NCBI GenBank assembly: GCA_010015805.1
Contig: ML978124.1
Span: 992,001 to 1,056,000 of the forward strand
Direction: 5' to 3'
DNA length: 64,000 bases
Source of the DNA: Rhizodiscina lignyota
Lineage: Eukaryota
A model generated the notes under the pieces. It was given only the letters and a program-made list of their open reading frames with translations. It did no database searches and was not told the DNA's origin. Positions 22,708 through 35,045 of this stretch are shown piece by piece. The translations under genes and the position numbers were made by a program. Each line of letters opens with the position of its first letter. Positions within the stretch are counted from its first letter, which is position 1.

Positions 22708-24275
22708 GTACAAAACGATTGAGATATGTGCCCTAAATCATGGGCATAATTCGCTAATGTAAACAGATCCGACAAAGGTCGTCTTGCGTGTCCTGTGGTG
22801 GATATTGAATGGAACACGAAGGTGATGGTGACGCGTTAAAGAGGGTGTGCGCGACCTGGTCCAAGCATTATCGCACGCTAGTCTCCTTTCAGCCATAAGA
22901 TATAGTAAAGAAACGTGACTAATAAGAATCTTGCACCCGAGCAATCGCGACTTACGTTTCTTCCCCAGCTTTTCTTCTCCTATTCTCCATCACAGACAGA
23001 TCCTCTAGCCATCTATGCCACTGCCGCACTGCCGTTGGACTACCATCCCTACGCTGCTTGCCGTGTTTCAACTGACACTACGGGGTATCGTACTAAAGAT
23101 TATGGGGAGGCCTCTCTTTCGACTGTCATCACGCGCTGGGCAGCGGTCCAGGTAGTGGAGCCAAAAAGTGCTCTGCTTCCTCGAAAACCAAGACATTTCC
23201 TTGGAGAGGACTGCAATTCGCTGCGCCCTTAAGATTCTTAAGACTGGAGAGAAACCGGTGCTACTGGTCGTATGGAAAGAGAAGATGAAGCAAGTTTTCA
23301 TTAACAAGTCGTTTATTCAAATGCTCTCCATTTGAAGTTGGAACATAGCCTTTCTAACGCTCTCGCTTTCCAGAAGAAAGCAGCATTGGTGCATACGGAT
23401 GGCGAATACGTGGAGCCTTTGGCGGGATAAACGATGCGGCAACCTCGACAGCGATGATCATATTCGAATGCATTCGCGACCTGGCCACGGCGTCTAGCAG
23501 ACACCTTTACACTAGTGTGAGTGACGAGCACAATGCAATCAGTAGAAACGCGTTTTTGCTAGGCGACGGTGGTAACATCCAGGTAATCACGTAGCGCTTC
23601 GATGCCATGAATGTTGATGCTATGGTTGAATCTCTGTCTCAGACGTCCCGCACAGCAAAACGCGTCCGTAAGCAGGAGCGCGTCAAATCAAGGTCAATCC
23701 AGGGTGGCTGCTTACGACATGTCGCTCATAGATCTGCGGCATCAAATCATCTAAAAGACCCACATTGATCCGTCTGCAGAGAAGGTGTTTGGCAAGACTT
23801 GCATCTTCGTTTGAGCAATGCAACACCTCTAACTAGATCATTCCTACTACGGCAGAATACACCAGTTAAGTCGGTAGTAAAATACGCCTAGCCAGGTAAT
23901 TTAATTGCTTAAAATTACCGCAGCCAAGACGAATTTCGGCTCTAAATAAGTCACCGGCCGGTGTCCTAAGGCGGCAGACGATCACAGCATACGAGGTAGG
24001 ATCGGAGAGTTTTGTACGATAATTTATGACTTATGAGTCTTGAAAGAGTTTCTCTATTGATACACTCTCTGTGCCCCCTTCACTCTCCTCAATCGGATTT
24101 GAGTGGTCGCTTGGCTCTGTCACAAGGTGAACAAATACCACGTCGTTACGATCCGGCTGATCCCATAGATCGTGCTCCAAATTTCTTCCGTCTCTCTCGT
24201 TGATTGTTTACTCTTTTGATCGACTTTTCAGAACCCCTATCATCCTGCGTCCTTTTGTGTTCAACAGCTTCTACC

Positions 24276-25490
24276 ATGGCCGACGACATCGAGACGGGCT
24301 TTCAAGCGGCCATCGACGCCGGCAAGATCAACGGCGCTGTCATCTGTGCCACCGACACGGAGGGCCGCTTCGTCTATGACAAGGCGCTCGGAGAACGCAC
24401 ACTGCTGTCGGGGGAGAAGCGACCGCAGCAGCTCGACGATGTGCTGTTCTTGGCCTCGGCCACGAAGATCATCACCAGCATTGCCGCCATGCAGTGCGTC
24501 GAGGATGGCCTGTTGAGTCTCACCGGGGATTTGTCCTCTATCGCACCGGAGCTGGCAGCAAAGCAGGTCATCACTGGTTTCTCTGAAGACGGCGAAACCC
24601 CCTTGCTTGAGCCGCCCGCGCGTCCCGTCACGCTCGAGATGCTTCTCTCACACAGTTCTGGCGTCACCTACGACTTCATGAACCCGCACCTTGCCAAGTG
24701 GAGCCAGAAATTCAATGCTCCACAAGAAGGCCAGCGCCGGCCAGTCGAAGAGGCGTTCAAGTACCCGCTCGCTTTCCACCCTGGGGCCAGCTGGATGTAC
24801 GGTCCAGGACTCGACTGGGCCGGCCGCATTATAGAGCGAGTTACAGGTGGCACGCTGGGTGAGTACATGCAGAAGCGCGTCTTTGACCCGCTTGGCATCA
24901 ATAGCGCCCAATTCTACCCTGTCACGCGCGAGGACCTACGCGCTCGTCTCGTCGACCTCAACCCACAGGACCCCGATGGTCTCGGCCTTCCCGTGATTGG
25001 CGGCAGCGGCGACATAAACAAGCGCAATCAAGGAGACTTTGGCGGCCACGGCCTGTTCATGGCAGGTGATGACTACATCAAGGTTCTTCACTCGCTGCTG
25101 GCCAACGATGGCAAGCTGCTCAAGCCTACCACCGTCGACGATATGTTTCAGCATCACCTGAGCCCAGAGGCGACTACAGGGCACCAGGCTGCACTGGCAA
25201 GCCCAATGGGCGTCTTTTTCCGCGTGGGCATTGATACTGATATGAAGGCCGGTCATGGCTTGGGTGGTCTCCTGATGCTGCAGGATGTCGATGGCTGGTA
25301 TGGCGATCATACGATGACCTGGGGCGGAGGTTTGACGCTCACCTGGTTCATCGATCGGAAGAACGATCTGTGTGGTGTTGGTGCCCTCCAGGCCACGCTG
25401 CCGGTCGACGGTGAGGCGATTGCCGCACTGAAGCAGACTTTTCGTCGCGACATCTACCGGAAGCGTGCCGCGTGGAAACAGCAGCAATAG
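24276..25490 (+). CDS. Beta-lactamase-fold serine esterase/acyltransferase (LovD/EstB-like), intronless
   Basis: SxxK (LASATK), LLSHSSG, PGASWMYG, GGHGLF and WGGG motifs; no signal peptide. Confidence 0.92.
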   Translation: MADDIETGFQAAIDAGKINGAVICATDTEGRFVYDKALGERTLLSGEKRPQQLDDVLFLASATKIITSIAAMQCVEDGLLSLTGDLSSIAPELAAKQVITGFSEDGETPLLEPPARPVTLEMLLSHSSGVTYDFMNPHLAKWSQKFNAPQEGQRRPVEEAFKYPLAFHPGASWMYGPGLDWAGRIIERVTGGTLGEYMQKRVFDPLGINSAQFYPVTREDLRARLVDLNPQDPDGLGLPVIGGSGDINKRNQGDFGGHGLFMAGDDYIKVLHSLLANDGKLLKPTTVDDMFQHHLSPEATTGHQAALASPMGVFFRVGIDTDMKAGHGLGGLLMLQDVDGWYGDHTMTWGGGLTLTWFIDRKNDLCGVGALQATLPVDGEAIAALKQTFRRDIYRKRAAWKQQQ

Positions 25491-25917
25491 CAGTGGGCAT
25501 TATTCGTTCGCCTACATACATTGAAGTTATGTAAGGCATGATCCGCTCATGAAGTTCATCTTGAGTGTTTTAAGTGGATATTGAAGGGAACACGAAGGAG
25601 ATACGTTACGGAGTAATGGGGATGCAAAGGGTGGAGAACTCCACTCAGATTTGAGGCTCGGAAGACCAGACGTAAACGGTTCAGAGCTAATGTTGAGTGT
25701 CCAAGCTTTGCTTGCGCATGTGCTGGACTTCTCAAATCCTCTTAAACTGACGACTACCGTATCCTCCCATCGTCATCTAGCTTTCCGAAATGGGAACTCA
25801 CCTCCGAAGTTCCATGTTCAAGAAGTGCCTGATCTAGTACATCGGTCTCTTGATACACACTGTACCGTGATTATATTCTAAACATTCCTCGTCACCTCAT
25901 TTTCTCCTAAGAGCCAA

Positions 25918-27674
25918 CTAAACTTTCTCTTGAGTCGTGATCATTTCCTTTCCTTCTACCTCACTTGGTGGCGTGGCAGCTTGATCCACTCCAGCCACAA
26001 GCAGACTTTCGTCCAACGCTCGTCGCTGCTCTTCACTAAGGTGTGACAGGTCCACCGCAACTTCATCACCAAACTTGGCCGCAATTTCCTCCAAGCTGAG
26101 CTGTCGAGTCTCTGGAAGGTACTTTGGGAAGAAGATAACGCCGACGGCCGGGACGATGATGAAGACAAGATAGTACTTCCAACCCACGTTCGCAAAGGCC
26201 ACTGGCGCGGCTTCCGTGTAGAGAAGCGTGGAGGCGAAGAGTCCGGCAATCGAAGTTCCGAGGCCCTGTGCGCGAACGCCAGTGGGAAATATCTCTGCAC
26301 AATACACATAGCTACTGGCGTCGAGACAGCCTGCGTAAAAGGTGACGAATAGGAACAGGAACAGTACACCAGCCGCATTGCCCCCACGATTCGGGGAGCC
26401 CGCGAACTCGGCCACCATTGCGGTTTCGAAGATCATCATGACGATGCAGCCGCTCAGGCCAAAGGTCAGGATGCGCACACGGCCAACTCGGTCAAGGAAC
26501 ATCGAATTGACCCAGTTCATAAAGGCAGCCCAGCTGTTGTAGAAGGAGTATAGGAGAAGCGGGAGCCAACCAGAAAGGCCGAGATTGTTGTATAGAAGGA
26601 CCTGGTAATTGTTCACCACGAGCACACCGGTTGATTGGGCAGCACATCTACTCTATGTAAGTCAAGTGTCAGGCAGTGCAGTACGAGAGCACTCACTGTA
26701 CTAATAGGCCGGCCAATATGCGTTTACGGTACGATGGCGTTTTGATCATATGCCACAAATTTGTAATGCCCTTGGCATTCTCGAGCTCTATTTGTTTCCG
26801 TATTTGATAGTATTCCTCCTTCGCAGCGATTCCAGTTGGGTCATTCGGCCGCGTATGTAGCCGCTGCAGGATTGAGAGCGCTTGCTGATCCTTGCGATGA
26901 GCGAGAAGCCACCTCGGTGATTCTGGTAGGAACGGCGATCCAATGATCAAAAGAAGCGGAGCGGTGACCTGAAGACTCATACAAAGCCTCCACTGTATGT
27001 TCGGATCGCTCACAAAGTAGCATCCCAATCCCGTCCATGAAGCTAGGCCCTGAGGAACCGTTAGCGAGAGCAGAAGCTACATAGTTTCCGGAAGCTACTC
27101 ACATAACCGCTAACTACTAATATGCCGTGAGCGCCAACCATTCGGCCGCGTTGTTTTGCTGGTGAGAGCTCCGATTGGTAGATTGGTACAGATACTTGAA
27201 TCATGCCGACGCCAATTCCGTTCAAGAATCGACCGACGAGGAACATCGCAACATGAACTGCGCCACCCTGAATTGCGGCAGAGACAATGCATAAGACGCA
27301 GATCATCTGGATAGTGGTCTTGCGACCCAACCTGTTGAGGAACGAAGGTACGAGCAGGGCCCCAATGACACCTCCGCCAGCGAACAGGCCATTTGTAGCT
27401 AACAATATCAGTAAAGCCGAATCTCATTAATTGAATAAAGCTTACCTCCAATAACCTGATTGCCTTCTTTCCCATGTGGACCGGTGAGGACAATGTTAAA
27501 GTACTCGAAGAAGGATGGGAGGCCGAATACAGAACCAATGATAGCAGAGTTGTATCCGTACGTGAAAGATCCAAGAGCGACGAAGAATACTATGATAAAG
27601 TTGTAGCCATTGCCTTTGGCGGATGCCGCATCAGAATGTTCTTCAGTCTGGGCTTTTTCCTTTCGTCGAAACAT
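25918..27674 (-). CDS. MFS sugar porter family transporter, 4 exons
   Basis: GSFTYGY, RLGRK, GRFLNG, YQSELSP..RG, PESPRWL, DRVGRV, EIFPTGVR and PET motifs; three canonical introns. Confidence 0.93.
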
Positions 27675-28451
27675 GTTGAGCTCTTTGAGGGGAAAGGTCA
27701 GTGAAAAAGACAGGCGGCTTGACAATAATGCATATCTGCCAAGTCTCGATACTTATAGAGTTCTGGAAACCCTCTACAGGATGCGGGGTCTTGGACGGAC
27801 ATGTTAACGTGAATGTTAAAGCCGGACGGGCAATGCTGATCCATTCATTTGGGAAGGATAATCGCTATAGCATGGTCATGATCGGAAGGCGAGAAGTCAT
27901 GCTGGGTACGGTACCGGACAGAACACCGCGAGCAGTGTACCTGGCACATGAAGCGTGAATCAGAAAGAGGGGCACTCATGGATATGATATCTTGATTGAT
28001 AGATAAGTGGCCAGGAGATGGCGGGGAGAAATCAGGAAAATGATCACATCACTTTGGAAACATGAGAGCAATACGGTAGCGTCAAATGAGGCCGCAGTGA
28101 ACCCAGAACTTGACGCGAGAGCTTAACTTGAAGAACGAGTTGTCGATACTTAGGAAGACTAGAATCGACACTCTATTTATTAGCTTTCTCGTAGGCAATG
28201 GGAGAGATTCGAAAGAAATAAGAGATTTCGTTCGGCTCATTATGGGAGAAGCAGAAAGCAAAGAGTATCGTGATGGTGGCCCGCCCCAGAGACGATGAAG
28301 CTATGCGATGCCGTTCTTCTGAGCGGAGAATAAAATTCCGGGTAAGCTCCTGCTGTTGTGGGCCTCATCCACTCGCCTGGGACGCGCGAGTTGTCGATGA
28401 GGTTCCTTCGCTCGAAATGTGAGCGTGAGACACAGAAAAGGCAGGGAAGTT

Positions 28452-28711
28452 GTGGAGAGCCGCGTAGAAAATGTGGAATCCGGAGATAATGCCCCGGGAT
28501 TGGATGGAAATAATCCGGCCCCAGTCGGGAGTTTTCTCCAGCTCACCCCGGGTTTTCTACTCCACAGACAAGTCAGATACCCTAACCCTATCATCAAGTG
28601 AGCTATCGACTGCGGAGTACACCCCACATCTAGCGTATCGAGCTTGCATCCACAGTACACAAGACCTTACTTCGATGCGTGTAACCGTCTGCGTTCGAAA
28701 TAAAACCCCAC
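28452..28711. promoter_or_regulatory. Cluster of CreA/Cre1 consensus sites (SYGGRG) upstream of the sugar porter
   Basis: Ten matches on either strand at 28452, 28480, 28492, 28519, 28536, 28546, 28560, 28612, 28622 and 28706. Confidence 0.5.
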
Positions 28712-28751
28712 ACATAGTTGCAATTCTTTCTGTTAGCACCCAGTGAAGCAC

Positions 28752-30011
28752 TCAAGAGCCCTGAATATCATTCAGAATGGTAGTGTATGCCGGCTTCGGA
28801 TTGCCGCTGCCATCGAACAACAGTGGGGTGGTGCTTGCTCTCCAACTGCCAGGATCCAGTACACCCCAAACAGTGATACCAACGCAGTTCTCCACAGCTT
28901 TACAACCATCGACCACCGTAGTATAATCATCTGGTGCAGCACCCACGATATCCAATTCCGTGATTTGGACCTCGCTCACTGCAGTGCTAAGCGCCTTCAG
29001 CGCGTCAGGTACGCCGGACGCTCCCCCGGCACTCAGATGGGTCTGAGAGCCTATGCAGTCAATTGGGACGCCATCGGCGATCCATCCTTTCACCTTGGAT
29101 ACCAAGCCAGTAAGCTTGGGGTATGTCGTGCTATCAAGGTTGTAATCGTTGATACAAAGCTTCGCGTTCGGATCTGCCTCTTTCGCGGCATTGAATGCGA
29201 TCTTGACAAAATCTTCTCCGAGGACATCGCTGAACACGCTTGAGCGCAGAGATTGGCCGTCTTCGTTGAAGATCTCGTTGACAACATCCCAGGCATAGAT
29301 CTTGCCGGCGTAGCGCCCTGCAACAGTAGAAATGTGCATCTGAATCACGGAGGTGAGCTCGTCCTTGTCGGTGATGGCCGAGACCCAAGAAGGCAGCTGT
29401 GAGTGCCAGACAAGCGTATGGCCGCGCATTAGCTTGCTGTTCGTGGTGCCGAACTCAACAAAAGTGTCGGCGCCGATGAAGGAGAATTCGCCTTGAGTCG
29501 GCTCGGTCGCGTCCCATTTCATACTGTGCTCAACGATCATGTTAGTTCAACGGGAGATGAGTGGATTTGAGAAGGCAAGGCACCTGTTCTCCGGCGAGAT
29601 CTGACCAAAGTCAGACTCGATAATGTTGGCAACTACCTCCTTGCCAAAGGTATCCTGATCCGTGGCTACGCCGATGTATTTCTTCCCAAGCTTCTTGAAT
29701 GCCGCGTCGATGCTATCGGCTCCTTCGCCTGTGGTACTGCCGGTCGTGCTGTTGGAGGAGCCTGAGGGTATCACAGTACTCGCAGTACTGGTGCCATTTC
29801 CCACATCCACAACCGCTGATGAGACAGTCATGGCCATGGCAGTCACGGCGAACATATGCACTGCTGAAGCAGTTGTTAAAGGTGCGGATGCAGGTGCGGA
29901 TGCAGGTGCGGATGCAGGTGCGGCCTCGATATTAGTGGGTCGGGCACAAGGACTTGCGGCCACGAAGTTCTTGTCGAGTGCGAGAAGCAGGAGGAGAAGA
30001 TTGAAGGCCAT
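28752..30011 (-). CDS. GH10 endo-1,4-beta-xylanase, secreted, 2 exons
   Basis: Spliced [28 protein letters not shown] (acid/base), NDYN, ITELD (nucleophile) and GITVWG; hydrophobic N-terminus. Confidence 0.95.
29881..29922 (-). repeat. 12-bp coding tandem repeat (APAS x3.5) in the xylanase N-terminal extension
   Basis: ggtgcggatgca repeated on the + strand. Confidence 0.85.
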
Positions 30012-30516
30012 TGCTCAGTCTTGAAGGAAGACTTCAAAAGTACGTGGGCATGTAGATAGCAACATAATCCACTGAAGAAACAACCCACAACATCAACGTG
30101 AAGGAAGTGGCCGACCAAGCGATGCACGAGCGCTGGAACGAGTGAAGAAATGAGGGACAGGCGCTTCGCATACTGCAAGAAACAGTCGAGAGAAACAAGC
30201 TTGAAGTCTATATATATTAAAGGTAAGATTTACTACTATGCGCTACTGTACGACACCATTGAGAGTGAAGAGGAGATGGTTTTCTTGGCCAGCATTAAAT
30301 GAACCGTCACTTGTAAATGAATGGCCGGTGGGAGGATGTTTCAACACCTCTGCATATCGCATGGATGGTGTGTGGTGTCTATGGTCATGCGCCATGTGCG
30401 ATCCAGTCGAACTGGAATCTCGCTGGATTCCTGACGTTTAATATGCCTATCGTCTCCCATTGGTACACCAGATCCTGACGTTTCGGGTTATAGCAAATCC
30501 TCATCGTCCGAGTTTT

Positions 30517-30751
30517 GGCTAATCCGTGAGATCTCAATTTCGCCTCGATTCGATGAGGACAATGATTCTTCACGATGGCTACGTTGCCATTTCCCCGAGT
30601 ATTTGAGGAGTCGAATTTCGAAACTGGCACCGAGGCACCTGCGGGTTCCAACCCATTTCTCTAGAGCCTTCTATTGGTCTCTTGCATATCAATGAAGTGT
30701 CAATAATGGCCTCAGCATAAGGTTGACACGAGGACCTTCATCTTCTTAGCC
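30517..30751. promoter_or_regulatory. Two XlnR-type GGCTAA cores in the xylanase upstream region
   Basis: GGCTAA at 30517 and TTAGCC at 30746; TATA-like run near 30209. Short motifs, weak on their own. Confidence 0.3.
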
Positions 30752-30923
30752 GTTACCAAGATGAATCGATCTCGACGCCAAGGGAACCGAGCAGCAATTA
30801 ATACCGTGAGATTCGTGTATAGTTCCCAATGTCACGCCATCTCGTAGAGAACGCAAGTCGCACAGGAATTCGAAAGCTCCCCATATGCTTGTTTCTCATA
30901 TTCGGCAGTGGCCAGGCTTTATT

Positions 30924-33660
30924 TCATCCTTCGTCATTCGGCTCAGGACTCCCTGCGATCTTCCGCAAGTAACCTGCAGAGCAGGTTCTCGCGATCCAGC
31001 TAAGCCATCCCTCACCATCTCTTCTCTTTCTTTTATGTCTCTCCTCTAGCTCGCTCACCATACTCTCTACGGCACCAATTTGCCGTCCAAATTCCTCCAC
31101 GCCATCCTCCACATCCTCGACCTTGCTCCTGAGCGCATTGATCTCGTACTCAAGTTTCGCACCCAATACTTCCACATCCTTGACCACCTCTGTAAGTCTG
31201 TTCTTTTCTCCGGCCATCACCTCCTGGGAGTCAAGGCGCAGGCTTTGGTAGGTTTCAAGGCGGGGATAGTAAAGGCTGTCCAACTCTTGGATGTCTTGCT
31301 CGGCGAGTTCTTCAAGCGACTTGATGTTCGCAATAGCGCCGTCAACCCAGTGTGATACAAGGTTATCCATGGACAGCATGTCATTGCGAATGCGTCTGGC
31401 GTCTGCAGCCAAGACCGTTTGTCTTGCGAATTGTTGTTGAGGTTCCAGATTTTGCTCCTCGGATATAGACGGATCTTGCTGAAATTCCCAGTCTCTGTCC
31501 CAACTAAGTAAGCTCTCTTCCGCAATACTGAAGGAGAGATGTCGAGGCCACCAGGCTGGATCTCTCCTTTCTTCTATGCGTTCATCAAAACCGATAGCAC
31601 TGCGTGTGCGCCGGAGTAGTTTGCCGATTTGCTCTGTACCATCTTCGTCAACGGGAAACAGTTCATTAAGATCAACATCGTGATACGTGGAGCCGACGAT
31701 CGAGCTTCCTACTGTTGGTGTTCTAACAGGTGAAGCGTCATATGCAAAAGGTGTGTCCAGACTATGCGGTTCCGCTTTCAAAGAATCGACGGTGATTGAT
31801 GGAGGCTCGCGAGGGGAGAAGAGTCCGCTGGCAGCCTCTATTGGGGTCTCTGTGAATACTTTTGAGAAACTCGGCCCCTCTTGTAGCAACTCATTCTCTG
31901 AAACGGTGGCCACGCGGTTCAGGTCCCCGCTGCCCTCGTCCTGAGTAGATTGCGCTGATGGAAGTATAGGCTGGCTTCTGTATGCAGCTCGCCGATCAGC
32001 AGCACTATCTACTTTGCTAGATTCGGCAATTGGCTCTTCTTCCTCTTCTTCGATGTCATGCTTATGATGATGACTTCGTAAACCGACGGCATTTCTGATT
32101 TTCCCAATACCACGCTTGCCCTCTTCCCGGTTTGACGGGCGTTTTGCAAGTTTGTGCATATGGGTTCGGTCATCATCCGGCGTCTCCAACCTCTCTCGTC
32201 CCGTCTCCATGGACGATCTCACCCCACCAGGAGACAGGGGGTCGTTGAGGCTCGAATCTTTGCGTTGACCTTGCCAAGTGTAACCACCATGTTCATCTGA
32301 CCGAAACACCATCCCTTCCGGGCCCGGGAGCCGATTGAACATGTCTCCAGTGTGAGTCTTGCGAGGTTTGCCATACCACAGCCACTTGGCTCTTTCGCCT
32401 CGGACTAGTTGAACGAATTGCTCGATGTCAACGGTTTCGACGTCAGCAATTCCGGCTTTCTCTTTCGCACCGACCATTTCCATGACCATCTCACCACCCT
32501 TGCCACCCAGTTCTGCAACTGTTGACTTGACAGCGCGCGGAACAGTCCAGCCTTCATTGGTAGCAGCCTTGGCCGTGGCACTGTGAAGGCGCTTTAATGT
32601 AGTCCTGTCCAGTCTTCGCGTCTTTGGAAGTCTCTGAGATTTTTGGAAGTATGCAATAGCCCGCTTAGTGGTTTCGATGTCAAAGACATCCTTTGAGACT
32701 TGTGCGCCATAGGCGCTCAGTCTGTTCCTTGCACCGATCAACGTGCCCAGTAAAGCTGCGACAGTGGTTGGCCCAAGGATGCCGTCTTGCGGTTCTACAT
32801 TATACAGGTCGTTGCCAATCTCGATCCACCAGTCATTGATGGCCTTCTCTGTCACATCGCAAAGCAGACCGTCGGCGTACTCTGGCTGAAGTGTATCAAA
32901 CAGCGTCAATGCAACCTGGCAAAGCTTGACCAGCTCAATGACGGCTTTGTATAGATCGATTTTGTCGCTGGCCCGGTAAAGCTGATAGAACTTCGCTTGT
33001 GTAGCCGCGGTAGGCTTTGAGAGACTGATACCGACGCGACCGGAGCAACCCAGCCGCTTCAGATTCTCATTAACGAAAAAGTCCTCCCTGTGCTTCTTCG
33101 GATCACCATCTGGTATGGGTATGACGGTCAGCGAAGATGGGAAACCGCTCAGATTGGTGACCATCAGCGTGCCCAGCGGAGTTTCCCTTCTTCTCGCATG
33201 ATACTGATTCAGCGCCTTGAAGTATACCTTCAACCGCGGAGACCATGCTTCCTCATTTGTAGGGACGGAGAGTACGCTCGCAATAACAGTGTGGGAAGGA
33301 TCACCGGTGTACGTCGTGATAACGAATGTGGGATGGGTGCGAGAGCAGGCCCATTGCTCGACGAGGTAGATTTCATAACCTTCGAGTCTTCGAGGCGTTC
33401 CGAGCACCGTGGTCGCGGCATCTTCTTGAAGATATCTATCATATTACGTTAGTGGCCAAGCTATTATAAGTTTGCCTTGGAATGTACTTGAGAGCGACCG
33501 GATCCGTGAGGACGAAGCGTTGGTGAGTCTTTGTCGATGGACTAGCGGGAGTGCTTTGTTCGGGGGATTGTAGAGATCGAGATCGTTCTTGCTCCATAGA
33601 GTTCTGGTTGCTGTAGAAGGTTTGCTCCTTCTGGACGTGATTGCTGGCGGTTGTAGACAT
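30924..33660 (-). CDS. STB6: STB2/STB6-family (Sin3-binding) protein, 2 exons
   Basis: VLTDPVAL, GYEIYLVEQWACSR, LKRLGCSGR, DGLLCD and DGILGPTTVA motifs; C-terminal coiled coil; intron 33436-33487. Confidence 0.85.
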
Positions 33661-35045
33661 TTCTCCCACTTCAGTTAATGGACGCCAAGCAGTTCCCGTT
33701 ACAAGAGAAGTCAAAAGAGGTTTAAGATGACGAGCAATGACACAGTTCGTCCTTTAAATCTTTCCAAGGCGTGAAGCACGTCATGTTTACCTGTGTTCCC
33801 TTTCGCGATTGTTTCGAGGCTATCGTATTTGATATGAAGGTAGTCCGTAGAAGTACAGGTACATATCTAACTGTCTGTCCGCGAACCTTGCAGGCGCGCA
33901 GGCAGGAACGACCGGCGCGCGGAAGCTACAGCGCTAGCTCGCACGTGACAGACCTCTAATTTGACTTTCAATGAGGCACAAGAATTTCAATTCTCAAATG
34001 CAAGTCAAAGTACCGAAAGGATAGAAAGTCCCGAACACTCCTACTCTGATATCGCCGGTTGGACATATCAGAATAACTCGTCTTCATACTGAACATCTTC
34101 TTCATTGAGACCCATACCGCCTCGGCGTGGACTTCAAAATTTTGCTAACGTTCAGTTTATTTATGTATCTCGTTAAGCTCTTGCAGTTCTTGAGATGCTT
34201 TCCTGATGATTCAGATTATCGGCTTTTTGGGTTTCTGTTAGCGACTGTGCTCCATTCTTTCTGCTTCACCCTTATGCTCAAGGTAGATTATGTACGAGGG
34301 CCCACGACCGCCTGGTGAGTTTTCAGCCTTTCAATCTTCTCCTTTGCAATCTCGCAGGATTTGTCGCTTTGTAACGTGCTATGGATATTGTTTACTTTCA
34401 ATTGGTTCAAGCACAGCAAGTGCTCAGATCTGGAAGTCACGATGACGCTGTTCCTCCCGGTCTGCTAACAAAGCCGATCAAGTATGCTCCAAAACAACCC
34501 AGACCCAAAATGGATCTGCTGGACGCCGGATACAGATTAAGAGTTCAGTGAGCCTCAGCATGGTCGTCGCGACTGAAGGCTGAGTGATTGCATCATGCAC
34601 GAGGCAACTTCTCACTAAACGCCTCCGGCAAAATGTGAATATCTGACAGTTGCCTTCATCTGCCTTACTGACGTATTGCGGCCTTAAAGGAATTCCGGGT
34701 GAATGGACAGTACTCCATTTCGCGGAATCTCGACGGTTAGGATTAGAAGTAGACCTTGATTGGCTTGACCCTGACGCAGTGTAACCACCACCTGACGAAC
34801 ATAGGCGAGGCAACAAGGTCTCCGTTGTCTTCAGAGTCTGCCTCCTTTGGCGGCTGGATTTGGAACAGCACATCGTTGGTCCATGTCTAACTCTGGTAAA
34901 GTGCAATGAGGCTCGATCACGAGTGAACTGAACATATAAGTACATTAAGGAAGCCTCAAGGGCCGCGGACCGGTGTGATATAATCATATGAATATATTGA
35001 CAAAATTACGCAGCACACCTTGTCAAACAACGCTACCCTACCATA

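Noticed and set aside
22915..23800. Possible further gene relic between the HET pseudogene and the esterase
   Set aside because: Short protein-like fragments but nothing assignable; needs BLASTX.
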